A DNA stretch of 64,000 bases from Octopus bimaculoides (GCF_001194135.2 NC_068982.1:38116084-38180083), one strand, 5' to 3'. Shown: positions 1 through 57,493, counted from the first letter of the stretch. A program made the numbers and translations. Notes: generated from the letters alone by a model not told the origin.

Positions 1-148
1 CGTTAGGAAGGGCATCCAGCTGTAGAAACTCTGCCAAATCAGACTGGAGCCTGGTGTTGCCATCCGGTTTCACCAGTCCTCAGTCAAATCGTCCAACCCA
101 TGCTAGCATGGAAAGCGGACGTTAAACGATGATGATGATGATGATGAT
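1..148 (+). mobile_element. Young (GAT)n-tailed retroposon 3' end (family C)
   Basis: aggaagggcatccagctgtagaaactctgcc...ggaaagcggacgttaaacgatgatgat; nearly identical to copies at 39986, 52071 and 63133. Confidence 0.85.
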
Positions 149-1227
149 ATATATATATATACATACATACAGATATATATCATCATCATCATCATTTAAT
201 GTCCGCTTTCCATGGTAGCACGGGTTGGACGATTTGATTGGGGACTGGCGAACCAGATGGCTACACCAGACTCCAATCTGATCTGGCAGAGTTTCTACAG
301 CTGGATGCCCTTCCTAATGCCAACCACTCCGAGAATATATATATTGAAGTAGATTTTCTATAACAAGATACTCATTCTGTCACCACTCACAAAACCTTGG
401 TCAACCTGGAGCTACAGTAGAAGACACTTGCTCAAGGTACCATACAGTGAGATGGAATCTAAAACAGACATATGACTGCATAGTTCTCTATTTGTTTTTG
501 TTTGAAAATGTTATAAAATGGACATATTCTTTTATTCTTTTACTTATTTCAATCATCTGACTGTGGCCATGCTGGAGCACCGCCTTTAGTCAAACAGTTC
601 GATTCCAGGACTTATTCTTTGTAAGCCTAGTACTTGTTTTATCGGTCTGTTTTGCCGAACCGCTAATTTATGGGGATGTAAGCACACCAGCATCAGTTGT
701 CAAGCGATGCTGAGGGGACAGACACAGACACACAAACACATACACACACATACATGCATATATATATATATATATATANNNNNNNNNNNNNNNNNNNNNN
801 NNNNNNNNNNNNNNNNNNNNNNNNNNNNNNNNNNNNNNNNNNNNNNNNNNNNNNNNNNNNNNNNNNNNNNNNNNNNNNNNNNNNNNNNNNNNNNNNNNNN
901 NNNNNNNNNNNNNNNNNNNNNNNNNNNNNNNNNNNNNNNNNNNNNNNNNNNNNNNNNNNNNNNNNNNNNNNNNNNNNNNNNNNNNNNNNNNNNNNNNNNN
1001 NNNNNNNNNNNNNNNNNNNNNNNNNNNNNNNNNNNNNNNNNNNNNNNNNNNNNNNNNNNNNNNNNNNNNNNNNNNNNNNNNNNNNNNNNNNNNNNNNNNN
1101 NNNNNNNNNNNNNNNNNNNNNNNNNNNNNNNNNNNNNNNNNNNNNNNNNNNCAGTCCTCAGTCAAATCGTCCAACCCATGCTAGCATGGAAAGCGGACGT
1201 TAAACGATGATGATGATGATGATGATA

Positions 1228-1506
1228 TTGTATAAAGGATTGTGGGTAAGGCCAAAATAATGTGAAGTAAATGCAAAGTAAATCACAAGAAAACAAATAT
1301 GTGAATTAATGTAGACTTACCTTGTTTTCAATATTTCGGGGTGCCTGCAACATTGGCAACATTCGTCAATTTCTTGAAAATGGGGTCATAACCCCGAAAT
1401 ATTGAAAACAAGGTAAGTCTACATTAATTGACATATTTTTTGTTCTTGTGATTTTCCTTGCATTTACTTCGCATTGTTTTGGCTTTACCCATGATCCTTT
1501 ATACAA
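1228..1506. mobile_element. Fold-back MITE with about 115-bp arms and TA TSD
   Basis: Arms 1228-1342 and 1391-1506, inner 39 bp perfectly complementary, TA on both sides. Confidence 0.88.
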
Positions 1507-2052
1507 TATATACACGACAGACTTCTTTAAGTTTTCATCTACCAAATCGACTCACAAGGCTTTGGTAGGCTCGAGGCTATAGTAGAAGACACTTGCACAA
1601 GATGTCATGCAGTGGGACTGAACCCAGAACCATGTGGTTGGTAAGCAAGCCACTTATCACACATCATTCTTGTACCTATATAGAACTTACAGAAACTTTT
1701 AAGAATGGGAGAGTGAAAAAGATTACAGATAAATGTAAATATTGAAAAATGCATTTTGATAGCCCAAACTGTTGTTTTCTAAAAATCATGCAATGCTGAT
1801 TATTATATTTCTGTTGTCAGCCTAACAAATATATTTCTAGACAAATACAACTATAAGAATGCCATTAATATTACTGATAGTTTTGTTCAAGTGTCTTTGA
1901 AATCCTACTGCATTTCACATAGAATTTTTGGTCCCTCAAAGTCCTCTTCATGTATATGTTGAGCTACCTTTCTTGGCTGTACATTTTGGTTTGAAAAATT
2001 CAACTAGTTGCCAGAGAAAGTTTATTTTGAATATTAGTGCTTATTTTATTGA

Positions 2053-2360
2053 TACAAGGGTGGACTGAAAAGTTCATAAGCTGACTACATCTGCTCCAAA
2101 GAAGGCCAAGGTCGTTTCATCTGCAGAGAAGATGATAGTGTCAGTTTTTGGGGATGCAAAAGGCATTGTGTTTATTGATTATCTTAAAAAGGACCACACC
2201 ATCAATGGAAAGTACTGTGCCAATGTGTTAAGGCAGTTGCAAAAGGTTATCAAGACTAAATGTTCAGGAAAACTGCCAAAAAAGGGCCTTGTTTCAACAA
2301 GTCATTGGTTTCAATGGTTGCTGTGTATGACTGTGGTTTTGAATTGGTTGATCAGCCTCC
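2053..2360 (+). mobile_element. Internally deleted mariner remnant
   Basis: TIR-like tacaagggtggactgaaaagttc, then APKKAKVVSSAEKMIVSVFGDAKGIVFIDYL..TINGKYCANVL (mariner catalytic region). Confidence 0.85.
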
Positions 2361-3181
2361 TTAGAGGTGTTTGGTGTTAAGAAGGGCATCCAGCTGTCGA
2401 AACATTGCCAGATCAGCTTGGAGCCTGGTGCAGCTGCTGGCTCTCCAGACCTCAGTCAAACTGCCAAACTTATGCCAGCATGATGATCATCAGCATCACC
2501 GTTTAATATCCGCTTTCCATGCTATATATATCATCATCATCATCATCATCGTTTNNNNNNNNNNAGAGTTTCTACAGCTGGATGCCCTTATATATATATA
2601 TAAGACAAGGCATAAATAATGGTCATTGCATATTTTTCTTTATTGTAGTAAATATACATATATCTGTGTGTGTATGCATATATGTATATATATATATATG
2701 CATATGTTTATACACACACACATAAATATATATTTATATACATATCTTTACATATATATATAAAAGTGTGTGTATGCATATGCACATATGTATTTATGGC
2801 ATGTAAAAATAAACAAATAATATAACAATGCCTTACATATTATAATTTTAGGTTTATTATTATATACATCTATAAAGGTGACAGCCAGGCAAAATGCTTA
2901 CTGACATTTCATCAAGCTTTACATACTGGGTTCAAATTCTGCCAAGGTTGACTTTGCTTTTCATCCTTTTGAGATTGATAAAATAAGTACCAGTTGGGCA
3001 CTAGATTTGATGAATCGATTTAATCCCTTTCCTGAAATTGCTGGTCTTCTAGTAATAACACTCCTGATGTTATTCAATGATTTGAAATCATTGTTATATA
3101 ACATTTATATTGATTTTCATTTGATTTAAATACATTTAATCAAGACACTTAAATTGTTTGGTATTTTCTTTTTGTTTGCAG

Positions 3182-3413
3182 TGCCACTGAAAAGAGAGCT
3201 CAAGAATATGAGAATCGAGCAGACATTGCTGAATTTGAACTAATTCAGCTACAGGGAAAATTACAAGCAATGACTAAAATAGGCAAAGATTTGAATACAT
3301 CAGCCATTCTGATTTCAGATAAAATCACTGAATCCACTAGTTTACCCTCAACACAAACAGGGAAAGCTCTAAAAAAATCTCTAGCAAAAACCCCAAAGAG
3401 TAAAAAGAAATAA
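3182..3413 (+). CDS. Terminal coding exon of an unidentified coiled-coil protein gene (ATEKRAQEYENRADIAEFELIQLQGKLQAM...KTPKSKKK*)
   Basis: Strong acceptor ttttctttttgtttgcag|T, 76 open codons to TAA, heptad-like E/Q/L pattern and basic tail; absent from the ORF track. Confidence 0.75.
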
Positions 3414-4420
3414 TTTATATTTCCTTTTACAAGGAAAGTAAATGTAATAATAATTGATTTACAAAAAGTCTTTGACTTAATAAATTCTGTTTGAATGACT
3501 ATATGACTCTGTGTTGGTTTTTAATTATTAAATTCTACTTTAACTCACACAAATTAAATTGATACTGCATAATTAATCACAATGAATTCATAACTGATTG
3601 TATTATTCTAATTTACCTTCAATTTCTAGGATTTCACTGTTATATCAAGCCGTTGAGTTTTGATTGTACATGGATTTATGCCAATTGTCATTTCATTTGT
3701 TGAAATTGCACAAATCTGAGAATCTTCAATCTCATTTTTATATTTATTAAATGAATGCGATGTTGTGCTTTGAACTACTCCCTGTCAGCACAATGTATAG
3801 GAAACAACGTTGACAAGTGGCTCATTTTCATCTATGTTTTTTTGTATTACCTTTTAGTTTAAATTATTCACCCAAAATTCTATTTACAGGGTGAGTCAAA
3901 AGAGGCACCCAATTCCTGTTTTAGGGTTGATATGTATGACTTCCCAATTGAGAGATACTTTTGACTCCTTGTTCTTGTTTTATGGGTTGGGATATCAACA
4001 ACGTGATACATGATCCAGATTTAGTAACTTTCAAAACTGTCAGGAATAACCTACAAAACAACAAAGAAAGGCACAACTTCTTGGAAACTAGGTGCTACTT
4101 GACTCACTCTGTATTTTCATGCAATAAAAGTCAAGTAAATCTAAATACTTTAAATTCTCAGAAAATACATTTATCACTTATGATTAAAAATGCTGTGAAT
4201 TTCAAGACAGCTCATTAAATTTCATTTGCATTTAAAAAATTCTTTACTGAATTATAATTCTTGTACTTTTTTCTATATTTGTTTGTAGTTATTCTTTACT
4301 TGCTTCATTGATAACTTGAAAATTGTCTGTTTTGCTTCACCCAACTCTCTCTTTACTGCAATACACACTGTTTACCATGTTTATTACTTTCCCACTATAA
4401 TTTTAATAATCAATACATAA

Positions 4421-4670
4421 TAGATTGGTTAGAATGCATTAGGAATGAATCACAAGACAGATTCTTCAAGCTGAGCCAACTAGCAGGAGACCTAGGGGTA
4501 GACTAAGATTGAGATGGTTGGATAATATCTATGGTGTCAGCTGGTCCTGCTTGGGAATCCAGCTGGAAAGTGTTATGGTTATTTCTAATAGAACCCTATG
4601 GAAGAGGTGCATGCGGACTCTATCTCCATTACCCTACAAGAAATAGTGGATGGCAAAAATGGATGGATTG
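4421..4670 (+). mobile_element. RTE-like LINE 3' end fragment
   Basis: RRPRGRLRLRWLDNI motif and an aaaatggatggattg tail. Confidence 0.6.
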
Positions 4671-4898
4671 AATACATAATAAATCTAGTAAAATTAGAAC
4701 TTAAAATATTGGCTAAAAATATTAGTTCTCTTTCTATCAACCCAATATATATTAGGGGTGTTTTGGCAATAACGCTGCTGATGTTATTCAAATTGTATTA
4801 ACATTTCCGGATTCTATTTTAACTTAAATTGTAAAATTTTTTCCAAAATATTCATAATTCATGAATCATGCATGATGTTTATGACATTAGGGGTTTTC

Positions 4899-48715
<43,817 letters not shown>

Positions 48716-48934
48716 CTGCAAAAAAGAGAAGACATGAATTAAGAGATCTAAAAAAATACCACTATTTCTAACAGGAGGAAAAAAACAACTTAATTTTGGA
48801 GCTTTATGATAGTATTTCTCAAGCACGTTCACTTATGAACCTTTTGACTCCTAATTTACTTGGAATGACCTCATAATCAATTCCATGTTTAAAAAATTAT
48901 TAGGAATTGTATAAAAGATTGTTAAAATATTTTG

Positions 48935-49918
48935 TGTATTGTAGAAATATGTAGGAAAACGACCATGCAAACCAAAGGAGAATGGTGACGAATGGAACAG
49001 GCTCCTTTTAACACGTCGCACGGTCGACACAAAAATATATATTATATACTATAACATAAGAGAACGCACATGTGAAATGCGAGGAAATGCCAGCAAGGAA
49101 AAGAGAGAGAGACTCAACTGGTAAAGATGTATAAAAGTAAGGTTTATTGGTTGTCAACTAGAATGTCTGTGTGAGTGTGAATGCGACATAATAAAACACA
49201 ATATAAGACAGGCTGTCATGTAAACAAAGAGTGTGTATACAAATATATGTATGTGAATGCAAGAGATACAGAGCATAGAAAACAGTCTATAATAAGGACG
49301 TTAAAAGTCCTGAACACAAGGGTAAGGAATACCAGTTCTCAGTTAAGGTACACAATAGATTGAAAGTCTGTATATAAGAGGTTGAGGCATGGAGGCAGAG
49401 CTAAGTCACATGTCGTGAAGTTGAGGCTTCTATGCCGAGCCGGCTACTTGATACAGATGGTCTTCGCAGGTTGAGTTCTGTTAACCTTGGTGAAGATATT
49501 TCACAACAGTATTGAGTGAACCTGTGCGGGCGCTGTTTGGTTGCTGTTGGTAGCTTGTGTACGTAGAGACGTCGTGTTGACGTTGGCGATGAAGCTTGTA
49601 GTAAACAGTTGAACGTTGGTGTTGATGTCGTCACCGGAAACTGGCTGGTTGGTGTTACGTGGTCAACGACCAGACCTTAGAAGGTCTGAAGCTGCGACAA
49701 ACTGGCGTGGATAAAGTAGGCTATTTATAGGTAAAAAGAGGCTCCAGAAGCATCAGAAAAACACTCTCTCACGTGACCTTATTAGATGGCCATGATTGGT
49801 CGGTATGCAGCCTGGCACGAAACAGAACTGGAGACAAATGCAGCACAAATAAGAGTCAATCAGGGTGATGGACACAGCAGGGTCCAAGGCGGGAGAGAGA
49901 TAGATGTTACCCGCTACA
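48935..49918 (-). mobile_element. Solo LTR (984 bp)
   Basis: TGTA...TACA ends, 4-bp TSD tttg (48931-48934 and 49919-49922), TATAAATA (49722-49729) and AATAAA (49143-49148) on the minus strand, CpG-rich relative to flanks. Confidence 0.75.
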
Positions 49919-51164
49919 TTTGCATTTGTAAATAAATAACCGAGAAAGGTGGTTTCACTACAAATATTACCAGTTTATTGTAGATAAATTTTAACAACAA
50001 AATATTATATATGGACCTCCAAGAGCCATATATAATATGTTGAGAACCACTACTCTAGACTTCAAAAACTTTGGTACAAACGACTTTATTCAAAAATGAA
50101 GCATTTCTTTTCAACTGACAATGCCCCAATCCTAATAATTCTGTAGAAGTACGTGTTTCTTTTAGAAATAAACAATACTACACACACACAATAGATGCAC
50201 AAACATCGTCATCTTTCCCCTCCTCATCATTTTTACATCCTCATTCCAAGCTGGCATGGGTTGGGCAGGTTGTCACAATCTGAGTCAGTTCAACCTTTCA
50301 AGACAGATCAAAAGACTACGTCTCACTTAAAACATTAATCCGTCAGCTGGTTTCACAACACCCCTTGGTACCTCAGGTATCTTTAGTGGAAGTTACTCCA
50401 TTACATGCATCCAGGTGTGGTCTTCTATGGATATATAATTCTGTACACTTCAATTAATATACCCACTCTATTGACGTATATATAGGAGTGCATATTTTTT
50501 CTGACTTAGTTATATGTATATATACCTATATATATGCACACACCCCACATACATATATTTGTGTGTGTGTGTGTGTGTGTAAGTTGCTGAAATGTTCATA
50601 AGTCAGGAAAAAAATCACTTGTATATCTGTCAATAGAGAGGGTATATGATTCAAGGTGTACAGTATTATATATCTGTGAACAATATTATATATTTGTTGA
50701 ATCCCTAGGGCAATGGATATATAAAACTGTATTCTTCGGATTATATATATATATATATATATATATNNNNNNNNNNNNNNNNNNNNNNNNNNNNNNNNNN
50801 NNNNNNNNNNNNNNNNNNNNNNNNNNNNNNNNNNNNNNNNNNNNNNNNNNNNNNNNNNNNNNNNNNNNNNNNNNNNNNNNNNNNNNNNNNNNNNNNNNNN
50901 NNNNNNNNNNNNNNNNNNNNNNNNNNNNNNNNNNNNNNNNNNNNNNNNNNNNNNNNNNNNNNNNNNNNNNNNNNNNNNNNNNNNNNNNNNNNNNNNNNNN
51001 NNNNNNNNNNNNNNNNNNNNNNNATATACATATATACATACATATATACATATATACACACACAAATACACACACATATATGTATACACACAAACACAAA
51101 CACAAACATATATATATATATTTGTATATATATATCTATGACAGTTTTCATAAGCTCTTTATGC

Positions 51165-51212
<48 letters not shown>

Positions 51213-52070
51213 ATATACATAGAGAGCTTATGAAAACTGTCATACATATATATACAAATAATTTCTTTTGTATTCAAAATTCTTTCAGTGAAAAAAAAAA
51301 GAAAAGAAAAAATTTGAATTCCTGTTCTGCACTATAAAATGTCTTCTTTTCTAATCTAAAACAAAAGGTTATGTGGAGGTCAAAGGAAATTTGCTGTGTG
51401 GTCTATTGAAGAACACAGTATTTCTGTCTTCAGCATCCTGTTAGATTGTCAGTCAATCTGTTTGTTAGCCTGTTGATGATACTGATCAAAGAAAAAAGTG
51501 AAGTAGGAATATGAAATCTTTACCAACAATCTCCACTTCAACAGAGAAATAATAATGAACAATGGGTGGCAGTATTGAGGAGATGTAAACATATTACAAA
51601 AATATTTACCCATGTACAAGCACACATATACACATACATTCACACACATACACACAAAAATGGATTCACAACTTTATGTCATATACATAACAACAGATCT
51701 ACATACATGCATATACATATATACATGGTGGAAGTAAACTCATAACTGAAGAAGATATCTTCCTAAACCCTGTGAAAACATTTCAAGAGCCCAGGAAGTT
51801 CCTGTGCATGAATTTGTTTTGAGCCGATAAAGTGTTGCATGGCACTAAACCTAATTTTCAGTGCAGTCAGCTATAAAATCAGTAGCACATCAGAGATTGA
51901 GATGACATACACATATACATACATATATAAATGTGCATACATACATACATAATACATGCATACATTCATACATACATGCATACATACATACATTCATACA
52001 TACATACATACATATGTATATACATACATGCATACATGCATATATTAATGTATATATATATATGTATATA

Positions 52071-52240
52071 TCATCATCATCATCATCATCATCGTTTAAC
52101 GTCCGCTTTCCATGCTAGCATGGGTTGGACGATTTGACTGAGGACTGGTGAAACCGGATGGCAACACCAGGCTCCAGTCTAATTTGGCAGAGTTTCTACA
52201 GCTGGATGCCCTTCCTAACGCCAACCACTCAGAGAGTGTA
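52071..52240 (-). mobile_element. Family C retroposon copy
   Basis: One mismatch to the 39986 copy over about 150 nt. Confidence 0.85.
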
Positions 52241-52330
<90 letters not shown>

Positions 52331-52333
52331 ATA

Positions 52334-52369
<36 letters not shown>

Positions 52370-52632
52370 GAGGCATACATATGTGTGTGTATGCTTATAT
52401 TTACTTGCATATGTAGACAGCTTCAAATGCAAAAAGCACCACTCTTCACACACATACATACATGAACACAAACACACATGTACACAGACATAAAACACAC
52501 ATGCACGCACATGCGCACGCACGCACACACACACACATACACACAAAGCTGAAGTCTTAGACTTGGTCTTTTTGTTGATATATTCACAAATACCTATGGT
52601 ATTTAGCTTTCCTATGATGTATGCACATACGA

Positions 52633-52673
<41 letters not shown>

Positions 52674-52905
52674 AATACATATGTGTATATTTACATGGTG
52701 CCATACAAAAAGCGCCCAGTATACTCTGTAAAGTGGTTGGCATTAAGAAGGGCATCCAGCTGTAGAAACCAAGCCAAACAGTATACAGAACTTGGCACAA
52801 CTCCTGACCAATCCATGCCAGCATGGAAAATGGATATTGACTGATGATGATGATGATGATGATATGTGTGCATATATGTATAAGTGTATATTTACATACA
52901 TGCAT

Positions 52906-52963
<58 letters not shown>

Positions 52964-53566
52964 ACACACACACACACACACACACATTTATATATGCATA
53001 GATTTTTTTTAATGAAACTGAATCTAAGAAGTTTCTCTCATGGCAAGAACCATATCCTCTACAACATATAATCCAGTGCTCTTCATCTGACATATGAATA
53101 CATGCACACATACACACACACACAAACACACTCACACACACACACACATACACACACACCTTGCCACACATATATATATTATATACATATAATGTGTGCT
53201 TGTATGTGTATGTGAGTATATTTTATTTAGGTACCAGCATTTGAGAGGCTAATTTATCTCTTCTGCATACTAGGACTGTGAACAGGTTTTCCAAACCATT
53301 GCAACTTGCCATTTATCATAGTTCTTTGTAATTGCCTTGAAGAGGTTCAGGTTCCAGTGATCAGTTTTCACCATTTCATCCCATGTCTTTTTGAGCCTGT
53401 TTTCTACAGGTTCCAACAACTTTAAGCACTTAGCACTTTGTTATACGATTGACACAGTCCATTATGACCAAACCAATTCATGCCACCATGGAAAGTCAGA
53501 CATAAAATGATCAAATGATGGTGATGAAAATGATGTATATTTGTAGACATATTCTTATGTGTGTGC

Positions 53567-53619
<53 letters not shown>

Positions 53620-53624
<5 letters not shown>

Positions 53625-54110
53625 GTTATGATCATAAGTATCTAGAGTGTTGTCATAGTAACGAAGCTAATGCATGCAGAGTGATGTTGTTTGGCACAGA
53701 TTGACCTTGAACTCTGCTCTGTATGCACACTAACTCTTAACATTCCAGCTTACTTCCACTGTTTATAGTAGTGCTTGGAAGGAAGGTGTGTAGCATGTGA
53801 CAATCACATTGACCATGATAGAGAAAGTTGAGCAGAGAATCTGCATCAAATTTTGCCAAAAGCTTGATGATACCTGCTCACGCAATGTTTTCAAAAATTC
53901 TTCTTTGTTCTCGACACAATCAAGGAGATCTTGTACAACTGAAATCTGGGTGTCTTTTTTGGTCAGCTGAAAGCAGTTTTGGCGCAAACTTGGTAGATAC
54001 ACATCTCATACCCAAATCTTCAGTGATAATGGACTGAACTGAACTGTAACTAATCTGCACATCCTCTCATAACTCATGAATGGTGATTCAAGAATTTCCC
54101 CTCACACCTG
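53620..54110. mobile_element. Rearranged mariner remnant (5' end on +, internal part on -)
   Basis: MIEKVEQRICIKFCQKL at 53815-53880 (+); EDVQISYSSVQSIITEDLGMRCVSTKFAPKLL at 53881-54110 (-). Confidence 0.8.
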
Positions 54111-55190
54111 CATGCAATGTTTATCTCTTTTGTGTTACCAGTTCTCTCTTCTTGCAACCACTTCCCTTGTCACCCAACCCACATTTTCTGTATCATCTAC
54201 TGTAGCATCAGATTGACCAAATCTTTGAGGGTGAAATTTAGAAGCAGGAATATTTTCATATTTAAGAAATGGCATATCATTCTAACATCATACACATTTC
54301 CTCACCATCTCTGAAATATATTCTAACTTTTCTCACTCTTCAACTCATTTTTTAGAGTTGGTTATCAATCTGCTCACAATAAAATGTATTGATAGCTGGA
54401 AAAGAAATATATAAAAATATAAATAAAGATGTGTGCATTTGAAACAGCAAAACATAATAGTTTTAAAATTAAGCTAGAAAGAAATATATTATTTGAAATA
54501 GAAATATGACTGCCATTTGGGATTTTCATCTGCCATTATTGTAACAAAATCTTTTCTGCTCTTATACTCTTCCTTTATTGTCTAATGTTATCGATGATTT
54601 TATACTGGTTGTTTACACTAAGTCATTCTGAAATACGTTGCTATAAGAATCATTCTGTAAGCAGAATTCATTCCATGAAAAATAGAATCTGTTTCAATTG
54701 ATTCATATGCGCTATGACAAAAGAAAAAGAAAAGGAAACACTTTTTTTCTTCCAACAAAGGATGGTAAATATTTTGAAGATCAACACGTATCTCAATCAT
54801 AGCTAGAAGACCTACATCAAGCATTGGTAATGCATTTACCAGATATAAGTTAAAAAGAGAAAAGCTGAACTTATCATTAAAGTAGTATCTAATAATTTAT
54901 GATAAATACGAAAAAGAAAAGTAATCAGGAAATAAATATTTCTGTGATCAAATGCTGGAGTTGATAAAGTCAACTGAGAGTATATTTAGATTGAAGCATA
55001 AATTTTGTGATATGAGATTATCAGCTTGCCATATCAAATGATATCTTATTTACATTGAATTCTTCTGCATCACCTTTCAACCTCACCTTCTACATTGTCA
55101 TTATTTGGATTTCTACTTTGTTTGTTTTATCTGAAGGAGTGAGTGGAGTTATGTTTCTTTAACTTTAAAAACATATGCATAAAACATACG

Positions 55191-55255
<65 letters not shown>

Positions 55256-55734
55256 ATACACTCTCACAATGAGGAGGACAATGATGGTGATGACAACAAC
55301 AGTGACAACACCGACCACCACCACTACCATTACCACATGCAAACTCATTAAACTGGCCATAGAACAGGGTTTTTCCTTGTTAATATCTAGATGTATTTTG
55401 ATAGCTTTAGACATCAGTTATATGATGGAGGAAAATTATATTTACTGTGAAAACAAAATGATGATACCTCCCAAAATTATTTATGCAATTTATTTGTTTT
55501 ACGCTGATATTTAGAATAGCCTATATCTCTTGCTAGTTTTAATACAGAAGACCAAGTCAAACAGGCTGTTGACAAATATTAATTTCTAATACATAGGCAT
55601 GAGGCTTCAGAGAGTGTCAGAAGAGAAACTGTAACGTTAATGATTTTCTGAAGGCAATAGTAATGTTTGAAATATCTACAAACTGGAATTGAAACAGAGT
55701 TATCAAGGGACGTGTACATTTTCTCAGCTATCAG

Positions 55735-55951
55735 TTAATCTTTTAGCATTCAGATTACCCTGTCAAATGTAATCCTTATATATTCACATTGCTTTGAATT
55801 AATCATGTATTAAATTATGGCTATGATGTGATTATGTATTTTTAGAATGACATTGTAGGGTAGGTATGAGATACCAGATCTGGCTTGTTTGAACATAAAA
55901 CAGATAGAATATTTGAGCTGGATATGGCCAGTTTAAATGCAAAAGGGTTAA
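55735..55951. mobile_element. piggyBac-like MITE, copy 3
   Basis: ttaatcttttagcatt...aatgcaaaagggttaa. Confidence 0.75.
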
Positions 55952-57493
55952 ACAATTATTTTCTTGCAGTTTGTAAGTGCTTTGTTTTTATTTTTTCCTT
56001 TTATTGTTTTATTCTATTTATTTATTTGTTTATTTTTGATAACTCTGTTTATCTTTGATGTAGTAAGAAAAGAGCCATCCCTTTGATGAACCATGAATAA
56101 AAGCAACTTTTTTGATATTCAATTTTGGATAGTTTACTGTAGTATAATACTGCGATTTTATTTACAACATGATGGGAAAAGATCTGAGTTGGCCATGGCA
56201 AGATTTAAAATTCATGTGGTTTAAACAATTTTGACCAGTATTTTCCAACTGAGATATAGCCACATATTGTAAGGACACCTGAGAGCATTATCAAGCTGTA
56301 TGATGGAATTTATAATTCTAGGTTCAGTGCATTGATAAAATGACAATAACCAGCAAGTGGAACCATTGTATCACTGAACTAGCAGTCCATTTTCAAGTCC
56401 AGAATATAAAAACAGAGGTGATGGATTGAAAGAATGGTAAGAACGGTGGGCAAAATGCCTTGCAGTATTTAGTTACTGTTCTTTATGTTTGTAGTTCATA
56501 TCCTGCTGAAATTAATTTCTCTTTCATCATTCTCGAGCAGTTAAGTAAGCAACAAGTGCTGTGTTTATTTATATTCTTATAATGCATTCCAAATATGAAT
56601 AGAATTATAACAGAAGATGAAGATGAGTGTTGTTGAGCCCCATCTTATGAATGAATGAATAAATAAAAAGTACACAATATCATCAAGTATGTCGTGTTGT
56701 CATTGTCGCTGCCATTGTCGTTGTCGTCATCATCATCATTTAACATCTGTTTTCCATGCTGGCATGGGTTGGATGGTTTCACAGGAACTGACAAATCAGT
56801 AGACTGTGCCAAACTTCAGTATCTGTTTTGGCTGGATGCTCTTCCCAACACCAGCCACTTTACAGAGTGTACTACATGGCACCAGCACCGGTGAAGTTAC
56901 CTAGTAAATTGCAGGGTATAACCCCACGATTATGGGAGAGGGGGCAGGGAGGAGAGTAATACTGAGGGAAAGAAAAAGGTGTCTTGCATTAGAAGAGAAA
57001 CATGGTTACTTCAGATGGGCAGAGAGAGTAGAGAGAAGATGGTGATGATGCTATGAGGATGGGATAGGGGCCATACACCCACGTTACAGGGATGTGTGTA
57101 TGGTGAAGTGGACCAGGGATTGGAAAGGGTGTGTGTACGGATGAGTTCACAATATAATGAAAGGAGACTGGTAGCTGGTGATGGAGGAATGTAATAAGTG
57201 GGCACAGGGAGAGAGAATAAATATTAGGAGGATATACCGTGAGCAAGGGATTCAAGTGGGACATATTGTGTGCTGGTAGGTACATGAAGGAGGGAAATAC
57301 AGTGGTGGTGAGCATGGCTGGGGGGAAGGAAAGGAGGTGTTAGGAAGATGGGTTGATGAGAGAAAGGACATAAAGGACTTACCTTACAAACGAACATACA
57401 TACATACATATATATACATGCATGCAAACACACATACACACGCACATGTATGTTACTGCCATTTATTCACTAACTTGTATGACATCAACACAT

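Noticed and set aside
49401-49634. 77-aa ORF MTTSTPTFNCLL...
   Set aside because: Lies within the solo LTR, has no gag/pol motifs and is expected by chance in GC-richer DNA.
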